A DNA stretch of 64,000 nt from an uncultured Holophagales bacterium (GTDB lineage: Bacteria; Acidobacteriota; Thermoanaerobaculia; Multivoradales; UBA5704). The first letter of the stretch is position 1; each line of letters opens with the position of its first letter. Under the pieces are notes generated by a model. It did no database searches, was not told where the DNA came from, and was given only the letters and a program-made list of their open reading frames with translations. A program made the translations under genes and the position numbers. The stretch covers positions 1,760,001 to 1,824,000 of the forward strand of contig CAWJGT010000003.1 in the NCBI GenBank assembly GCA_963842525.1. Direction: 5' to 3'. Shown piece after piece: positions 1 to 11,222 of this stretch.

Positions 1-238
1 GCTCGACCAGGTTGGCCGCCGCAACTTCCATGGCCAGGGTGCCGCTGCCTGCGAGGAGGAACGGCTGGCTGCCTTCACCGGACTGCCAGACCTCGCGCAT
101 CCCTTCGAGGCAGGTGCCGAAGGCCTCGAGGATCCGGGGCGACGTGTGCCCCGGCGGCCGGCTGGCCGCGGCGGCAGCCACGGCCGGCGAGATCTCGACG
201 GGGCCGGGGATCATGAGGAGCGGTGACGGGTCGGGCAT
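1..238 (-). CDS. Class V PLP aminotransferase (alanine-glyoxylate/serine-pyruvate family), 5' part, runs off window
   Basis: Not in the ORF track. Manual translation from ATG 238: MPDPSPLLMIPGPVEISPAV...PGHTSP...PFLLAGSGTLAMEVAAANLVE; the LMIPGP and GSGTxAME motifs are typical of the family; GGAG RBS upstream. Confidence 0.88.
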   Translation of the reverse strand, partial: MPDPSPLLMIPGPVEISPAVAAAAASRPPGHTSPRILEAFGTCLEGMREVWQSGEGSQPFLLAGSGTLAMEVAAANLVE

Positions 239-271
239 GGGGTGGTCTCCCTGAGGGATGAGATGGCAGTC

Positions 272-314
272 TTGTTTGAAGGAAGTTTAGAGGGTATCAT
301 GACCATGATGACCC
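272..314 (+). promoter_or_regulatory. Putative sigma70 promoter and palindromic operator of the Phd/VapC operon
   Basis: TTGTTT(272-277)-N17-TATCAT(295-300); inverted repeat ATCATG-AC-CATGAT (296-309), flanked by GGGT/ACCC, overlaps the -10. Confidence 0.55.
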
Positions 315-341
315 ACTTCGCAGTTGGGGAAGAAGGAACTT

Positions 342-599
342 ATGATCTCTTTGAACGTGGCCGAAGCGAAGAAACAATTCTCCGATCTCCTTGGCAGGGT
401 TGCCTATGGCGGTGAGACCATTGTGATTACGCGCCGCGGCAAGCCGATGGCGAAGCTGGTTCCTCCCGATGCCCCAGAGCACGAGTTGCACGAGAGAAAG
501 ACTGTCAGCGTAGTTGAGACGAGTTGGGGTACCTTGCGGCTTGATGCAGAGCAGGTCCGTGAGATCCTGAGGGAGGGGGATGACCTCCTCGACGCTTGA
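342..599 (+). CDS. Type II TA antitoxin, Phd/YefM family
   Basis: MISLNVAEAKKQFSDLLGRVAYGGETIVITRRGKPMAKLVP matches the Phd/YefM N-terminus; AAGGA RBS before ATG 342; overlaps the downstream PIN gene. Confidence 0.9.
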   Translation: MISLNVAEAKKQFSDLLGRVAYGGETIVITRRGKPMAKLVPPDAPEHELHERKTVSVVETSWGTLRLDAEQVREILREGDDLLDA

Positions 600-1086
600 G
601 AGGATCCGGTCCGGAGCCCGCATCTTTATCGATGCCCCCATCTTCATCTATCACTTTACAGGTGCCTCAACCGAATGTAGAGACTTCCTGCAACGTTGTG
701 AGGCGTGCGAGGTGCAAGGGGTGACGTCCACCGTGACGCTCGCCGAGGTGACCCATCGGTTGATGATGATCGAAGCAGTCATGAAAGGGCTCGTCTCGCC
801 GGGTAATGTTGTTCAAAAGCTCCGTAAAAGGCCAGAAGTAGTCTGTGAGCTGAGCCTGTATCAGGAACAGGTGGATAAGATAGCTCAGATGGAGATCGAC
901 ATCCTGCCGCTTGACCTCACGGTTCTTGCCGGCTCAGGGGCGATCAGAAAGAGCTATGGGCTATTGACGAACGACTCCTTGATTGTGTCGACAGCCCGTG
1001 AGCTGAAGATCTCGGCAATTGCGTCTGCCGATCAGGATTTTGATCGGTTGGAGGAGATTGCCCTCTTCTGCCCAGGCGATATCTGA
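580..1086 (+). CDS. vapC: Type II TA toxin, PIN domain (VapC family)
   Basis: IFIDAPIFIY, TLAEV, LLTNDSLIV and IASADQDF carry the PIN acidic residues; lies directly downstream of the Phd antitoxin. Confidence 0.9.
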   Translation: MTSSTLERIRSGARIFIDAPIFIYHFTGASTECRDFLQRCEACEVQGVTSTVTLAEVTHRLMMIEAVMKGLVSPGNVVQKLRKRPEVVCELSLYQEQVDKIAQMEIDILPLDLTVLAGSGAIRKSYGLLTNDSLIVSTARELKISAIASADQDFDRLEEIALFCPGDI

Positions 1087-3038
1087 CCCAGCCGCGCCAC
1101 GAGCGACCAGACCTCGCCGAAAACCGGATGCAGATCCGCGGCGAGACCCAACTCCAGACGCTCGCGGGCCGGCTTCAGGGGATCGTCGCCGGCCGGGGAA
1201 AGCTCCGGCCAGCGCAGCTCCAGACGGTTGAGGCCGGGCCGCAGCGGCTCGCGAGGAACGCGAACGACGGTCCGCGTCCAGCGCTCGCCGGCCGGGGCGC
1301 GGCCGACCGCCCTGCCGTTGACGAAGACTTCCACCTCGCCGTGGCGGTCCGCCAGCCGGACCGTCAGCTCCAGCTCGACCTCGGCGGCCCCGTCACAGAT
1401 CAGGCAGAAGGTGGACACCGGCCACGGGGACCGGTAGGTGGCCCGGCGGGGCGTGTCCTCGTGGTCCATGACCTCGGGGTAGAAGCGCTCCAGCGGCTCC
1501 CAGAGGTATGGCGGACGGGCAAGATCAGTCCCCTCCTGGCGGATCGCGTGGTGCTCCAGGAGCTTCCGGGTGATGGTGTCGCGGACCGGCCGGCTGCGGC
1601 GCTCCAGGACGTTGCAGATCGCCTCGATCAGGTCCGCGTCGAGGTGGTCCCACCGCCAGCCGTGCTGGAGCGAGAGGCGGTAGGGCGAAGCGAGATTGCG
1701 CTGCTGGGCTTCCGTGAGGACGGCGGGGCATGGGGCGGCGCGGGCCTCGATCAGGTCGAGCATCGCCGCTTCGATCCCGGGGGAGGCGTCGAGCGCCGCT
1801 TCGCACCAGTGCTCCAGGATTGGTGCCTTGGGTCCCACGGTGAGCAGCCGGTGGGCGCAGTGGATGGCTGCTCCCAGCTTGGCCGTGGCGTCCGCCTCGG
1901 GAGAGAGGCTCGGGACAGGATGGGCCAGCAGGGTCCGCCAGTCCGGCGCGTTGTCCACCATCCCCGACAGGTCCAGGACCCGGGCGGCCACGGCGGCCAT
2001 GGCCACGTGCATCCCTTCGACGGTCAGGTGGCAGTAGTCGAGGAAAAGGCGGCGGTCCGGCAGCGTCGAGCCCGTGTGCTCCGCGAACCCCCCGGGGAGG
2101 TCCACCAGGAAGGACCCATGCCGGCAGGCCGCTTGGCGCAGGATCTCCTGAGCCTCGGTCGTTGCCTGGGGCGCGCTCAGGAAAGCGAGATTGGCATAGC
2201 GGGCGCTGTCCACCTCGACCCGGCAAGCCTCGGCGGTGCCGAGGAGATCCCCAAGGCCCTGGCGCGCCCGGGCGAGCAGGCGCCAGGTGGAGGGGCAGGC
2301 TCCGCGGTCGAGGTCCAGCATCTTCCGTGCAACGGCGGCAGCCCCTTCCCAATCCTCTCGGGCCAGCCGCTCGACGGCATCCATATAGAAGGAATGCCAG
2401 CGGGCCGTCCGGTCTCCCGGGAGCCAGGCGACCGGCTGGCGGGTCTCCCAGTCCGCTAGGTTGACCTCCGGGAGCACGACCACGACGGGGATGCCGACTG
2501 TCCGCGCGAGCAGTGCGATCTCGTCGAGGGTCGCCTCGGCCGTGGCGCGGAGCTGCTCACGGGCGAGCCGGATAGGGCCTTCGATTCCTTCGCGGAGAGC
2601 CAGGGCATAGCGCTGCCGGGCCTGGACCGAGGGGACGTACGGGGAGACCTCCGGCGTCTCGAGCAGGTTCCAGTTGTTGCCCACGAAGAGGACCAGGACG
2701 TCCGGGTTGATCTGCAGCGACGCCCGGACAGTAGCGCGAAGGCCGGCGAGCGTCTCGTTGGTGCGGGCGAGGTCGATCACCTCGAAATTGCCCTCCCCAC
2801 CGGCGGCCCGGAGCTGCGCTTCGAGCACCTGCGCCGGGGTCAGAGTGGGGGCGTAGAGGTATCCGGCGGCGACCGACTCGCCGAAGAATGCGACCCGCAG
2901 CGGCAGCTCGGATTTCTTGGGACGGAGGACCTCCCGCGTTGCGTAGTGGTCCCCGAACGGCCCGGGGTCCGGACGGACGAAGGCGAGCTCTCCGTCGATC
3001 TGCTGCGGCTGCCAGATGCTGATGGGGTGAGGGCTCAT
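1032..3038 (-). CDS. SGNH/GDSL-like hydrolase with TPR-like middle region and beta-rich C-terminal domain
   Basis: Block I-like RVAFFGESVAAG, block III-like VLFVGNN, block V-like FLDYCHLT; ATGA overlap with the carbamoyltransferase stop. Confidence 0.65.
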   Translation of the reverse strand: MSPHPISIWQPQQIDGELAFVRPDPGPFGDHYATREVLRPKKSELPLRVAFFGESVAAGYLYAPTLTPAQVLEAQLRAAGGEGNFEVIDLARTNETLAGLRATVRASLQINPDVLVLFVGNNWNLLETPEVSPYVPSVQARQRYALALREGIEGPIRLAREQLRATAEATLDEIALLARTVGIPVVVVLPEVNLADWETRQPVAWLPGDRTARWHSFYMDAVERLAREDWEGAAAVARKMLDLDRGACPSTWRLLARARQGLGDLLGTAEACRVEVDSARYANLAFLSAPQATTEAQEILRQAACRHGSFLVDLPGGFAEHTGSTLPDRRLFLDYCHLTVEGMHVAMAAVAARVLDLSGMVDNAPDWRTLLAHPVPSLSPEADATAKLGAAIHCAHRLLTVGPKAPILEHWCEAALDASPGIEAAMLDLIEARAAPCPAVLTEAQQRNLASPYRLSLQHGWRWDHLDADLIEAICNVLERRSRPVRDTITRKLLEHHAIRQEGTDLARPPYLWEPLERFYPEVMDHEDTPRRATYRSPWPVSTFCLICDGAAEVELELTVRLADRHGEVEVFVNGRAVGRAPAGERWTRTVVRVPREPLRPGLNRLELRWPELSPAGDDPLKPARERLELGLAADLHPVFGEVWSLVARLGQISPGQKRAISSNRSKS

Positions 3039-4775
3039 ACGAACGTATACAGGTCCTCGCTGATCGCCCGCCCGCTCGCGAGCGGCCTCTGGCGCCAGGC
3101 ATCGAGCAATTCGGGCCAGCTCGGCGGCAGGATCGCGCGATCGATCACGAAGTCCTCAAGGACCAGGCAGTCGATCCCGGACGTGCCGAGGCTGAAGAGG
3201 GCATCCACCGGGGTGCAGACGATCGGCTCGCCGGCCACATTGAAGGAGGTGTTGACCAGGAGCGGGCAGCCCGTCCGCCGGTGGAAGGCTTGAAGAAGAG
3301 CGGCGTAGCGGGGGGAATTCGCGGGATCGACCGTCTGCGGGCGCGCCGAGCCGTCCACGTGGGTGATGGCCGGCAGGTCGAGCGGCGAGATGACGGCGCA
3401 GGTCTCCAGCATGAACGGCGAGGGGTGATCGAGGTCGAAATGCTCCCCCGCATGGCTCGCCAGGACGCTGGGGGCGAAGGGACGGAAGGCCTCCCGCTTC
3501 TTGACCAGGCGGTTGAGCCGGTCGCGCATGCCGGGGTCGCGCGGGTCGGCGAGCAGGCTGCGCGCGCCGAGAGCCCGGGGGCCGAGCTCCATGGCGCCGT
3601 GGAACCAGCCGACGACCTGCCCCTGGACGAGTCGGTCTACCACGGCTTCGAGAAGGTCCGATCTCCCGGCCGCGGAAGTCCAGCGCGGGAAGACCGGTGG
3701 CGGCGAGGAGGCCGGCGATCTCGTCCGCCTGCCAGCGGGGACCCAGATAGACCTGCTGCTGCGGTCCGGTCGCGGGCCGCTCGCCGGTCCGTTCGATCCA
3801 GGCGAGAGCGGCGGCGCCGAGGCAGCCGCCCGAGTCGCCGGCCGCCGGCTGCACGAAGAGCCGCTCGAAAGGCCCCTCCCGCAGGATCCGCCCATTGGCC
3901 ACCACATTGAGGGCCACTCCGCCGGCCATGCAGAGATCGGAGAGCCCGGTCCGGCCGTGCAGCCAGCGGACCTTCTCCAGGAGGATCTCCTCCAGGACCA
4001 CCTGGAGGCTGCGGGCGACGTCCTTGTGGTGTTGTCCGATCTCGGCTCCACGCGGCCGTGGCGGGGCGCCGAACAGGTCGCACAGCTCCGGCGAGAACAT
4101 CCGCCGGCCGCGCACGAAATCGAAGAAGGAGAGATCGAGCTCGTACTGTCCCTCCGGACCCGACCAGACCAGGGTCCGCACCGCGTCCACGAACCGCGGC
4201 TCGCCATAGGGGGCGAGCCCCATCACCTTGTACTCGCCGTCGTTGACCGCGAAGCCGAGGTAGGAGGTGATCGTGGAATAGAGAAGCCCCAGCGAATGGG
4301 GGAAATCCACCTCCTCGAACCTCTCCAGCGCCGTCCCCCGTCCTGTCCCGTAGGTCGTGGTTGCCCATTCGCCCACGCCGTCGACGGTCAGCACGGCGGC
4401 CGCGTCGAATCCCGAGAAGAAGAAGGCGCTCGCGGCGTGGGAGGCGTGATGGTCGAAGAACCGGATCGGCCCCTCATAGCCGAGCCCTTCGCGGATCATC
4501 CGTTCGGGCAGCCCGGGATCGCCGCATTCCGGCGTCCCGGCCCAGAGCTGGCGGGAGAGCTTGCGGACCGGATCCTCGTAGTAGGCGAGGACGTCGATGT
4601 CGACGATCCCGATCCCGCCTGACTCCAGGCAGAACCGGAACGCGGAGACGGGGAGCCGCGGGTCGTGCTTGACCCGCGAAAACCGTTCCTCCTCCGCAGC
4701 CGCCACCAGCCGCCCGTCCTGGATCAGGCAGCAGGCCGATTCGTGGAAGAAGGCCGAGAGGCCGACGATGTTCAC
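3035..4775 (-). CDS. Carbamoyltransferase (NodU/CmcH/TobZ family), one frameshift near 3661
   Basis: N-part HESA, AAEEERFSRVKH, HHASHAASAF, DGVGE, HSLGLLY, GEYKVMGLAPYG, AGGVALN; C-part ELGPRALGARS, KKREAFRPFAPS, THVDGSARPQTV, NTSFN. The frames join by removing one base at about 3661. GTG start at 4775. Confidence 0.93.
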
Positions 4776-4826
4776 GGTGCGGATGCTACAACGCCCGTCG
4801 CAGCATCCTGCCACCAGGCAGCAGGG

Positions 4827-7800
4827 TCACCGCCCCGCCGGCTGAGCCTGCGCTGTCCTGCCCAGCGCCTCCAGGCGCCGGCGGGCCAGGGCGTGGGTCG
4901 AGGTGGCCCCGTTTTCCCGCGGGCCCGGTGCCTGGACCTTGTCATAGCAGCGGCGGGCCACGTCCGGCAGGCCATAGTGCTCGGCGAGACGGCCGAGGAC
5001 ATACCAGTCGGACGAGCCGGGCTCTTCGTCGGCCTGGGTTTCGAGGGCCTGGAGGAGGATGCGGTAGGCCTCCGCCGTCCGCCCGGTCTCGGCGTAGAGG
5101 GAGGCCAAGGTGTGCAGGCTGCCATAGTCGGTGTACTGGGAGAGCGTCGCGGCCCGCTGGGCCCTCTCGATGGCCTGGTCGTCCACCCGGCCCTGCACCA
5201 GGGCCAGCCAGGCCAGGCTGTTGTAGTCCGTGGCGGTGGCCCGGCCCGCGTCCACCAGGTGGACGAGCTTCTGCTCGGCGCTCTCGAAGTCCCGCTTGCG
5301 CTCGTCCATATCGGACAGGATGCGCAGGGCCAGGGCATCATCCGGATCTCGCTGCCGGCGCTCCTCGGCCAGGCGGCCGGCTTCGTCCCAGTGGTCGGCC
5401 ATGACCAGACCCGCGGTGGCGAGTGTGAAGGCGTGCTGCGAGGTGGGGGCGGAGGAGAGGAGCTGTTGCGCCAGGGCGGACAGATCGTCGAGCCTGCCGA
5501 GGCCGCGCAGGGCATGGGCGAGCGCCACGTCCAGAGCCGTCCTCTGTGCCTCTCCCGCCTTCTCCCGGCAGGCGCGCAGCAGGTCGGCGGTGGCAGGGAC
5601 CGCCGAGTCCTCGGCCATCAGGCTGGCGGCGGCGCAGCGGACCTCGTCGGCTCCGGTCTGCGCGCCGCGCTTCCAGAGCGCCAGAAAGGGCACCACCGGG
5701 AGGGGATCGTCGTCCGATTTCTTGCCGGACAGCAGCTCGTGCGCCCAATCCAGCCACTGCCGGGCTCCGGGCAGGAGGCCGGCGTCGAGCAGGCGCAGAG
5801 CCTCATGGCCGAGGCGCCCCGGGTTGGTCTGAAAGGCGGTGATCCGGTACTGCCCGTCCTCCCGGATGACGAAGATCACCATCTCCGCAGGGCCCTGCCC
5901 GAACGAGTTGACGAGCCGGACCCGATAGCCGATCGTGTCGTCTCCGCTCACGTTGTCGCGGAAGGCGGCGACGCCGAGATCCGTGGCAACGTCCAACGGC
6001 ACGTCGTTCACGTTGAGCTGCCGGCGTTTGGCGCCGATCTCCTGCGCGATCAGGCCGGACACCTGGTCCGGATGCGCCTGGATTTCCTTGGCGAGGTCGC
6101 GGGCGAGAAGGGGGGCGAGGCTCCCGGCATCGAGGCTGCCCGAGGCACCCACGATCATCAGCCGTTTGACCACGCTCGCCGGCTGCGATGCAGGGAGATC
6201 GAGCTCCTCGTGCTTCTTCACCCGGTGCAGCAGCTCGACGCGCGCGAGCAGGGCGGCGGCGTTGGTAGAAAGCCGGCTCGCCCGGTCGAGCAGGGCGGCA
6301 GCCTCCGGATAACGGCGGACCATGAGGAGGTTCTGCGCCGCGTCGGAGAGGGCCTGCATCCGCTGCTCGCCGTCCTGGAGGCTGCGCTCGGCGTCGCGCA
6401 CCGCGCTGTCCGGGCCGTCGAGCACGGCCGTGGCCGCCAGCCGCAGCATGCGCCGGGTGTCCGTCTCCTCGATCTCGGCGAGGAGCTCGCGCAGCTCCGC
6501 GAAACGGCCCGCCCGCAGGAGAGCCGCTGCCAGATTGTCGTCCATGAAGTCGGCCTCGAGGTCCTGCCGCAGCTTCTTGTACTCGTCGATGGCGGCGGCG
6601 AGGTCGGACGTAGGGCTGTAGCGGCGGCCCTGGGCGTCGTACTCCAGGAGGATGGCCAGATCGGCGCGGGAGACGTCGTCGTTCGGGTCGAGCTCGACGG
6701 CCTTGCGGAAGGCGGCGAGGGAGGCGCTTGCGGTCCCAGCCCTTGCCGAAACGCCGCCCGAGGGCGTCGTGCTGCAGGATCCAGCCGAGGCTGTGATGCG
6801 CGGAGGCCGAGCCGGGCTCCCGCCGCACCGCCTCGCGGGCCTCGCGAAGCGCCTCCTCGCCGAGGCCGCCGACGAGCAGGGCGCGCATGATGCGGTTGCG
6901 TGGCAGCGCCTCGCCGGGAGCCGCCGCGGCGAGGCGCTGGAACTCCTGGAGCGCCTCCCGCACCCGGCCGGCCGCGAGATGGCTCTCGCCCACCTGGTCG
7001 AAGAAGAGGAGGACCGCCTTCTCGCCCAGGACCTCCTGCACGCCGGTGCGCAGGGAGTAGAACTCCTGCGGCGACAGGCGCGGCCGGGCCACCGCGAGTT
7101 GGACCGCAGCGTTGACCACCCCTGAATCCTCCGCCGAGTAAGCCTCGCTCAGCGTGACCGGGCCCCAGGTGCGCTGGCGGAAAGCCGGCATCGGCTGCCG
7201 CGGCACGAATCCGGCCGGCGGCACCACGCGGTAGCGCATCTCGGCCTGGAAGGGGCGGGTGAAGACGTAGTCGGACCGGCGGGGCGCCGGCTCTTCGTCG
7301 TCCTCCTCGTCTCCGGTCTCCGTGAAGACCTCGGGCAGGCGGTCGAGCAGGTCGGAAGGGAAGACGGCCACCACGGCGTCAGTGACCTCGGTCTGGCCGC
7401 GCTGGATCCCGGTCGCCTCCAGGCGCAGCTCCAGGGGCATCGAGAGGTCCCCGAGGTCCGAATGTTGCAGCTCGGCGAGGTCCTTGGCGCCGTATTCGGA
7501 CTTCACGTAGTCGGCGAGGCTGCTGCGCAGCGCCTCCGGCTCCTCGGCCGCGTACCAGGACCGCAGGTCGCGCTCGGTCGCTCCCTGATAGGACGTCGTC
7601 TCGACCACGCGGGCGGGGCCGAGCTCGGCGAGGAAGACCTCCCGCGTCTCGACCTCGCGGTTGTCGGCCGCGGTGGCCTCGGGGGTGCGCACCAGCCCCG
7701 TCGCGGTGGGGCTGGCCACGAGGGCCAGCCGGCCCTGGTCCTCGACCGGCAGGACGCCGGCCCGCGCATAGGGATCGGTGGGGTCGATCCAGACCGCGGG

Positions 7801-9000
7801 ATTGCCCGGCACGACCACGATGGCATGGTTGAAGGCGCCCAGGCCGGGGAGGGAGTCCTCGACGTCCTGCTGGTCCTCGCCCGCCGAGAGGAGAGCCACA
7901 TAGGCGGGGATGTCCGAGGCGCGCAGCATGGCCACCAGCAGCACCGCCTTGTCCTTGCAGTCGCCGAACTTGCGCCGCAGGACCTCGGCCGGGGTGCGCG
8001 GGACGAGCCCCCCTTCGCCCAGCTCGACGCCGGTATAGCGGACCTCGTCGGCGAGCTTGCGCAGGTAGAGGTCCATGGTCTCGAGCTGCGACCCGGCGGG
8101 ACCGCCGGTGGCGCGGAGGAAGGCCTGCAGGTCCGAGCCCTGGATCGCGCGGTCGACGATCTCGGCATAGCGCCGCGCGATCTCGGCCCACGACGAGCCG
8201 GTGGAGAAGGCGATGTAGGGCGACCGGGGCGTATCGGCCGGCAGGCCGGGCTCGGGGGCCGTGACGGGCGCGAGCTCGCGCGCCTCGAAGGTGAGGCGCC
8301 GCCGGCCGCCGGCCGTCTCCTCGCGGGGCGTCGCTGCGGGCGGGAGGCGGGAGACCCAACGCAGCGGCGTGCCGGCGGGCGCTTCCAGGACGAGGCGGGC
8401 GAGCCGCACCGGCAGCGACATGGGCAGGGTGTGGTAACGCACGGTCCCGCGGTCGAAGAACGGCGCCGTCTCGCGGACCACGACCTCCTGCTCGACGATG
8501 GACCCGGCGCGGATCGCCGGCAGCGGCGCGCGCAGGACGCGGCCGTCCTCGAACATGTCGGGCGCCTCGGCGGCCTCGGCGTTCTCCGTGATGGTCGACG
8601 GATCGAGCGCGTGCTCGGCTCCGTCGGGGGTGATCACGCGCGCCCGCATCCGCGGCCTCTCCTGGTGCCAGGGAGACCAGCGCTCCTCGACCGCCGACCA
8701 GCTCTCGTGCGCCGAGGTGCTGGCGACGCGGTAGACCAGCCGGTAAGTGTAGGTCTCGCGGCCCGCCTCGTCGTATTCGTAGCGCGCCTCGGAGAGCAGA
8801 ACGGCCACCCCTCCTTCGCTCGCCGGCACGCCCGCGGCGGCCTGGGCCATGGCGGCCGGGGAGGCGCTGAAGACTGGGCCATCCCAGGGCTCGCCGGCCG
8901 GAGCCGCGCGGCCTTCCCCGGGGAGCGCAATGGCGACCAGGACTGCGGCGAGGACGGCGCAGGGGAGCCTACGGCAGGCGGCGCGAACGGGGCACGGCAT
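4827..9000 (-). CDS. Secreted DUF3857 / transglutaminase-like protein with C-terminal TPR repeats (~1390 aa), one frameshift near 6727
   Basis: Signal-peptide-like start with GGAGAG RBS; DUF3857-like segment; Cys-His-Asp motifs GDCKDKA, FNHAIV, WIDPT; TPR-like helices continue in the 4827..6545 frame (SLAAFRKAVELDP, YNSLAWL, LHTLASLYAETG). Confidence 0.82.
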
Positions 9001-9219
9001 GGTCTCTCCTTCGAATAGGGCTTTAGGAAGCAGGCGGAGGGTCATGAGAATCGTACCACGCGAGGCGGAGCGGGCCGGCGGATGGTGTACACTCTTCGGG
9101 CTTCTCTGAGCTGACAGGAAGTGACGAACAGCAGATCCGACCTTGTCTTCATACCCGCCCCTGTCCACCCCCGGCCCCGGCAACAGTTCCGCAAGAACGG
9201 TCCCTACGGGAGAGATGTC

Positions 9220-11139
9220 ATGAGTGTTCGAAGCATTTCGCGGCGGGCCCTGCTCGCCACCCTCCTCGCCCTCCTATCCCTCGCGCCTCTCCAGGCCACC
9301 AGCTATGTCATGGTCTCCGACGAGGCCCTGGTCGATCAATCGGACTACGCCGTGGTGGCGCGGGTGATCGGGGTCGACGACTCGACCGTTACCGCGGGCG
9401 GGCTGTATACGGAATACGAGCTGGAGATCGAAGAGTCGCTCAAGGGCGACCTCCCCGGACGCACCGTCAAGGTGCGCGTCCCCGGCGGCGTGCTTCCGGA
9501 CCAGGGGATCGCGCTCAAGATCTACGGCGCGCCGAGGTTCGGCCAGGGAGAGCGGACGCTGCTCTTCCTCGAGCCGGATGGCCGCGGCGCCTACCGGCCG
9601 CAGCATTTCCTGCTCGGCGCCTTCCACGAGGTGCCGGCCGGTGATCGCCGGCTGGCGGTGCGGAGCCTGGCCGAGGCGCAGGAGCTCCGGCGCACGCCGG
9701 CCGGCGTCGAGGCGGTGCCGGCGGGCAGCGACCGGCTGCGCGATTTCGACTCCTTCGCCCGCTGGGTCGCGGCGCGCGCCGCGCATGGCGTGGCCGAGGC
9801 CGACTATCTGGTGAACGACCCGGACGGCCGGCTGCGCCAGATCGCCGGCAAGTTCACGGTGTTCACGGACCCGGAGCCCCCCCTCGGCGACGGTCTCGGG
9901 ATCCGCTGGTTCCAGTTCGACACCGCCGGCAACATCCCATGGCGGGCCTACAACCAGGGCCAGACAGGGCTCGACGGCGGCGGGTACCTGGCGTTCCAGA
10001 ACGCCCTCAAGGCCTGGAACAATGAGACCGGGACGCCGATCGACTACCGCTATCAGGGCAAAACCGCCGACCGCAGCGGCCTCGAGGAGCCGGACGACCT
10101 CAACACGATCGTCTTCAACGACCCCAACAACGAGCTGCCGAGCTTCAGTTGCAGCGCCGGGGGTGTCCTTGCGTATGGCGGCCCCTGGTATTTCGTCAGG
10201 ACCGAGAACTTCCGCGGCGTGCCCCACCATCCGATCGCGAGCGCGGACATCGTCATCAACAACGGCATCGGCTGTTTCTTCGCCGCGAGCCCCGACGCGG
10301 GCCTGGCGGCGCAGGAGCTCTTCGGCCACGAGCTCGGACACACCCTGGCCCTCGGCCATTCCTGCGGCGACTTCGACGGTCCCGATCCCGACTGCGAGAG
10401 CGTGCTCTTCGACGAGTCCCTGATGCGCGCCTTCGTCCACGACGACGGGCGCGGCGCCCTCCTCAACAGCGACGACCAGGCCGGCGTGCGGTCGCTCTAC
10501 AGCCAGGTACCTCCGGCTCCGACGGGGCTCACGGCCATTGCGCTCTCTACCACCTCGGTCCGGCTCAACTGGACGGACACCGCGACTGGCGAGATCGAGT
10601 ACCAGATCGAGGTCAAGCCCCTGGGTGGGAGCTTCACCCACGTCCTCACAGTCCCGGCGAACAGCACCACGGCCGATGTCCCAGGGCTGACCCCTGCGAC
10701 GAGCTACACCTTCCGCGTGCGTTCGCGCAACGCCAACGGGTTCTCGGCCTACTCCAACGAAGCGACCGTGGCCACGCTCGGGCCGGTCACTCCGTGCGTC
10801 GCCGACGCCAACACCCTCTGCCTGAACAACGGCCGCTTCAAGGTCCAGGTGGCCTGGAAGACCGGGACCGGGAACGGGGCAGGCTCGGTGGTGACCAGCG
10901 CCGCCGACTCGGGCCTCCTCTGGTTCTTCGACGTGAGCAACTGGGAGCTCCTCGTCAAGGTCCTCAACGGCTGCACGATCAACAACCGCTATTGGGTGTT
11001 CCTGGCGGCGACGACCGACGTCGAATACACGCTGACCGTGACCGACTCGCAGAATGGAGCGGTCAAGGTCTACTTCCATCCGCAGGGGCAGCCCGCGCAG
11101 TCCATTACGGACACCAGCGCGTTCGCGACCTGCCCATGA
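9220..11139 (+). CDS. Secreted matrixin-like zinc metallopeptidase with FN3 domain and Cys-containing C-terminal domain
   Basis: Signal peptide MSVRSISRRALLATLLALLSLAPLQA; HELGHTLALGH zinc motif with Met-turn (SLMR); FN3 (PPAPTGLTA...LTPATSYTFRVRSRN); C-terminal CVADANTLCLNNGRF...WFF...WVF module. Confidence 0.85.
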   Translation: MSVRSISRRALLATLLALLSLAPLQATSYVMVSDEALVDQSDYAVVARVIGVDDSTVTAGGLYTEYELEIEESLKGDLPGRTVKVRVPGGVLPDQGIALKIYGAPRFGQGERTLLFLEPDGRGAYRPQHFLLGAFHEVPAGDRRLAVRSLAEAQELRRTPAGVEAVPAGSDRLRDFDSFARWVAARAAHGVAEADYLVNDPDGRLRQIAGKFTVFTDPEPPLGDGLGIRWFQFDTAGNIPWRAYNQGQTGLDGGGYLAFQNALKAWNNETGTPIDYRYQGKTADRSGLEEPDDLNTIVFNDPNNELPSFSCSAGGVLAYGGPWYFVRTENFRGVPHHPIASADIVINNGIGCFFAASPDAGLAAQELFGHELGHTLALGHSCGDFDGPDPDCESVLFDESLMRAFVHDDGRGALLNSDDQAGVRSLYSQVPPAPTGLTAIALSTTSVRLNWTDTATGEIEYQIEVKPLGGSFTHVLTVPANSTTADVPGLTPATSYTFRVRSRNANGFSAYSNEATVATLGPVTPCVADANTLCLNNGRFKVQVAWKTGTGNGAGSVVTSAADSGLLWFFDVSNWELLVKVLNGCTINNRYWVFLAATTDVEYTLTVTDSQNGAVKVYFHPQGQPAQSITDTSAFATCP

Positions 11140-11193
11140 TGCGCGAGACCGGCGGGCCGTCCTTTGTCCTTCCGCGAGAGGCGGCCCGCCCGT

Positions 11194-11222
11194 TTGCCGG
11201 ATGCTTGAGCATCTGCTACTCT
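11194..11222 (+). promoter_or_regulatory. Putative sigma70 promoter of the RRM gene, with a palindrome in the spacer
   Basis: TTGCCG(11194-11199)-N17-TACTCT(11217-11222) with extended TG; GATGCT-TG-AGCATC inverted repeat at 11200-11213. Confidence 0.5.
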
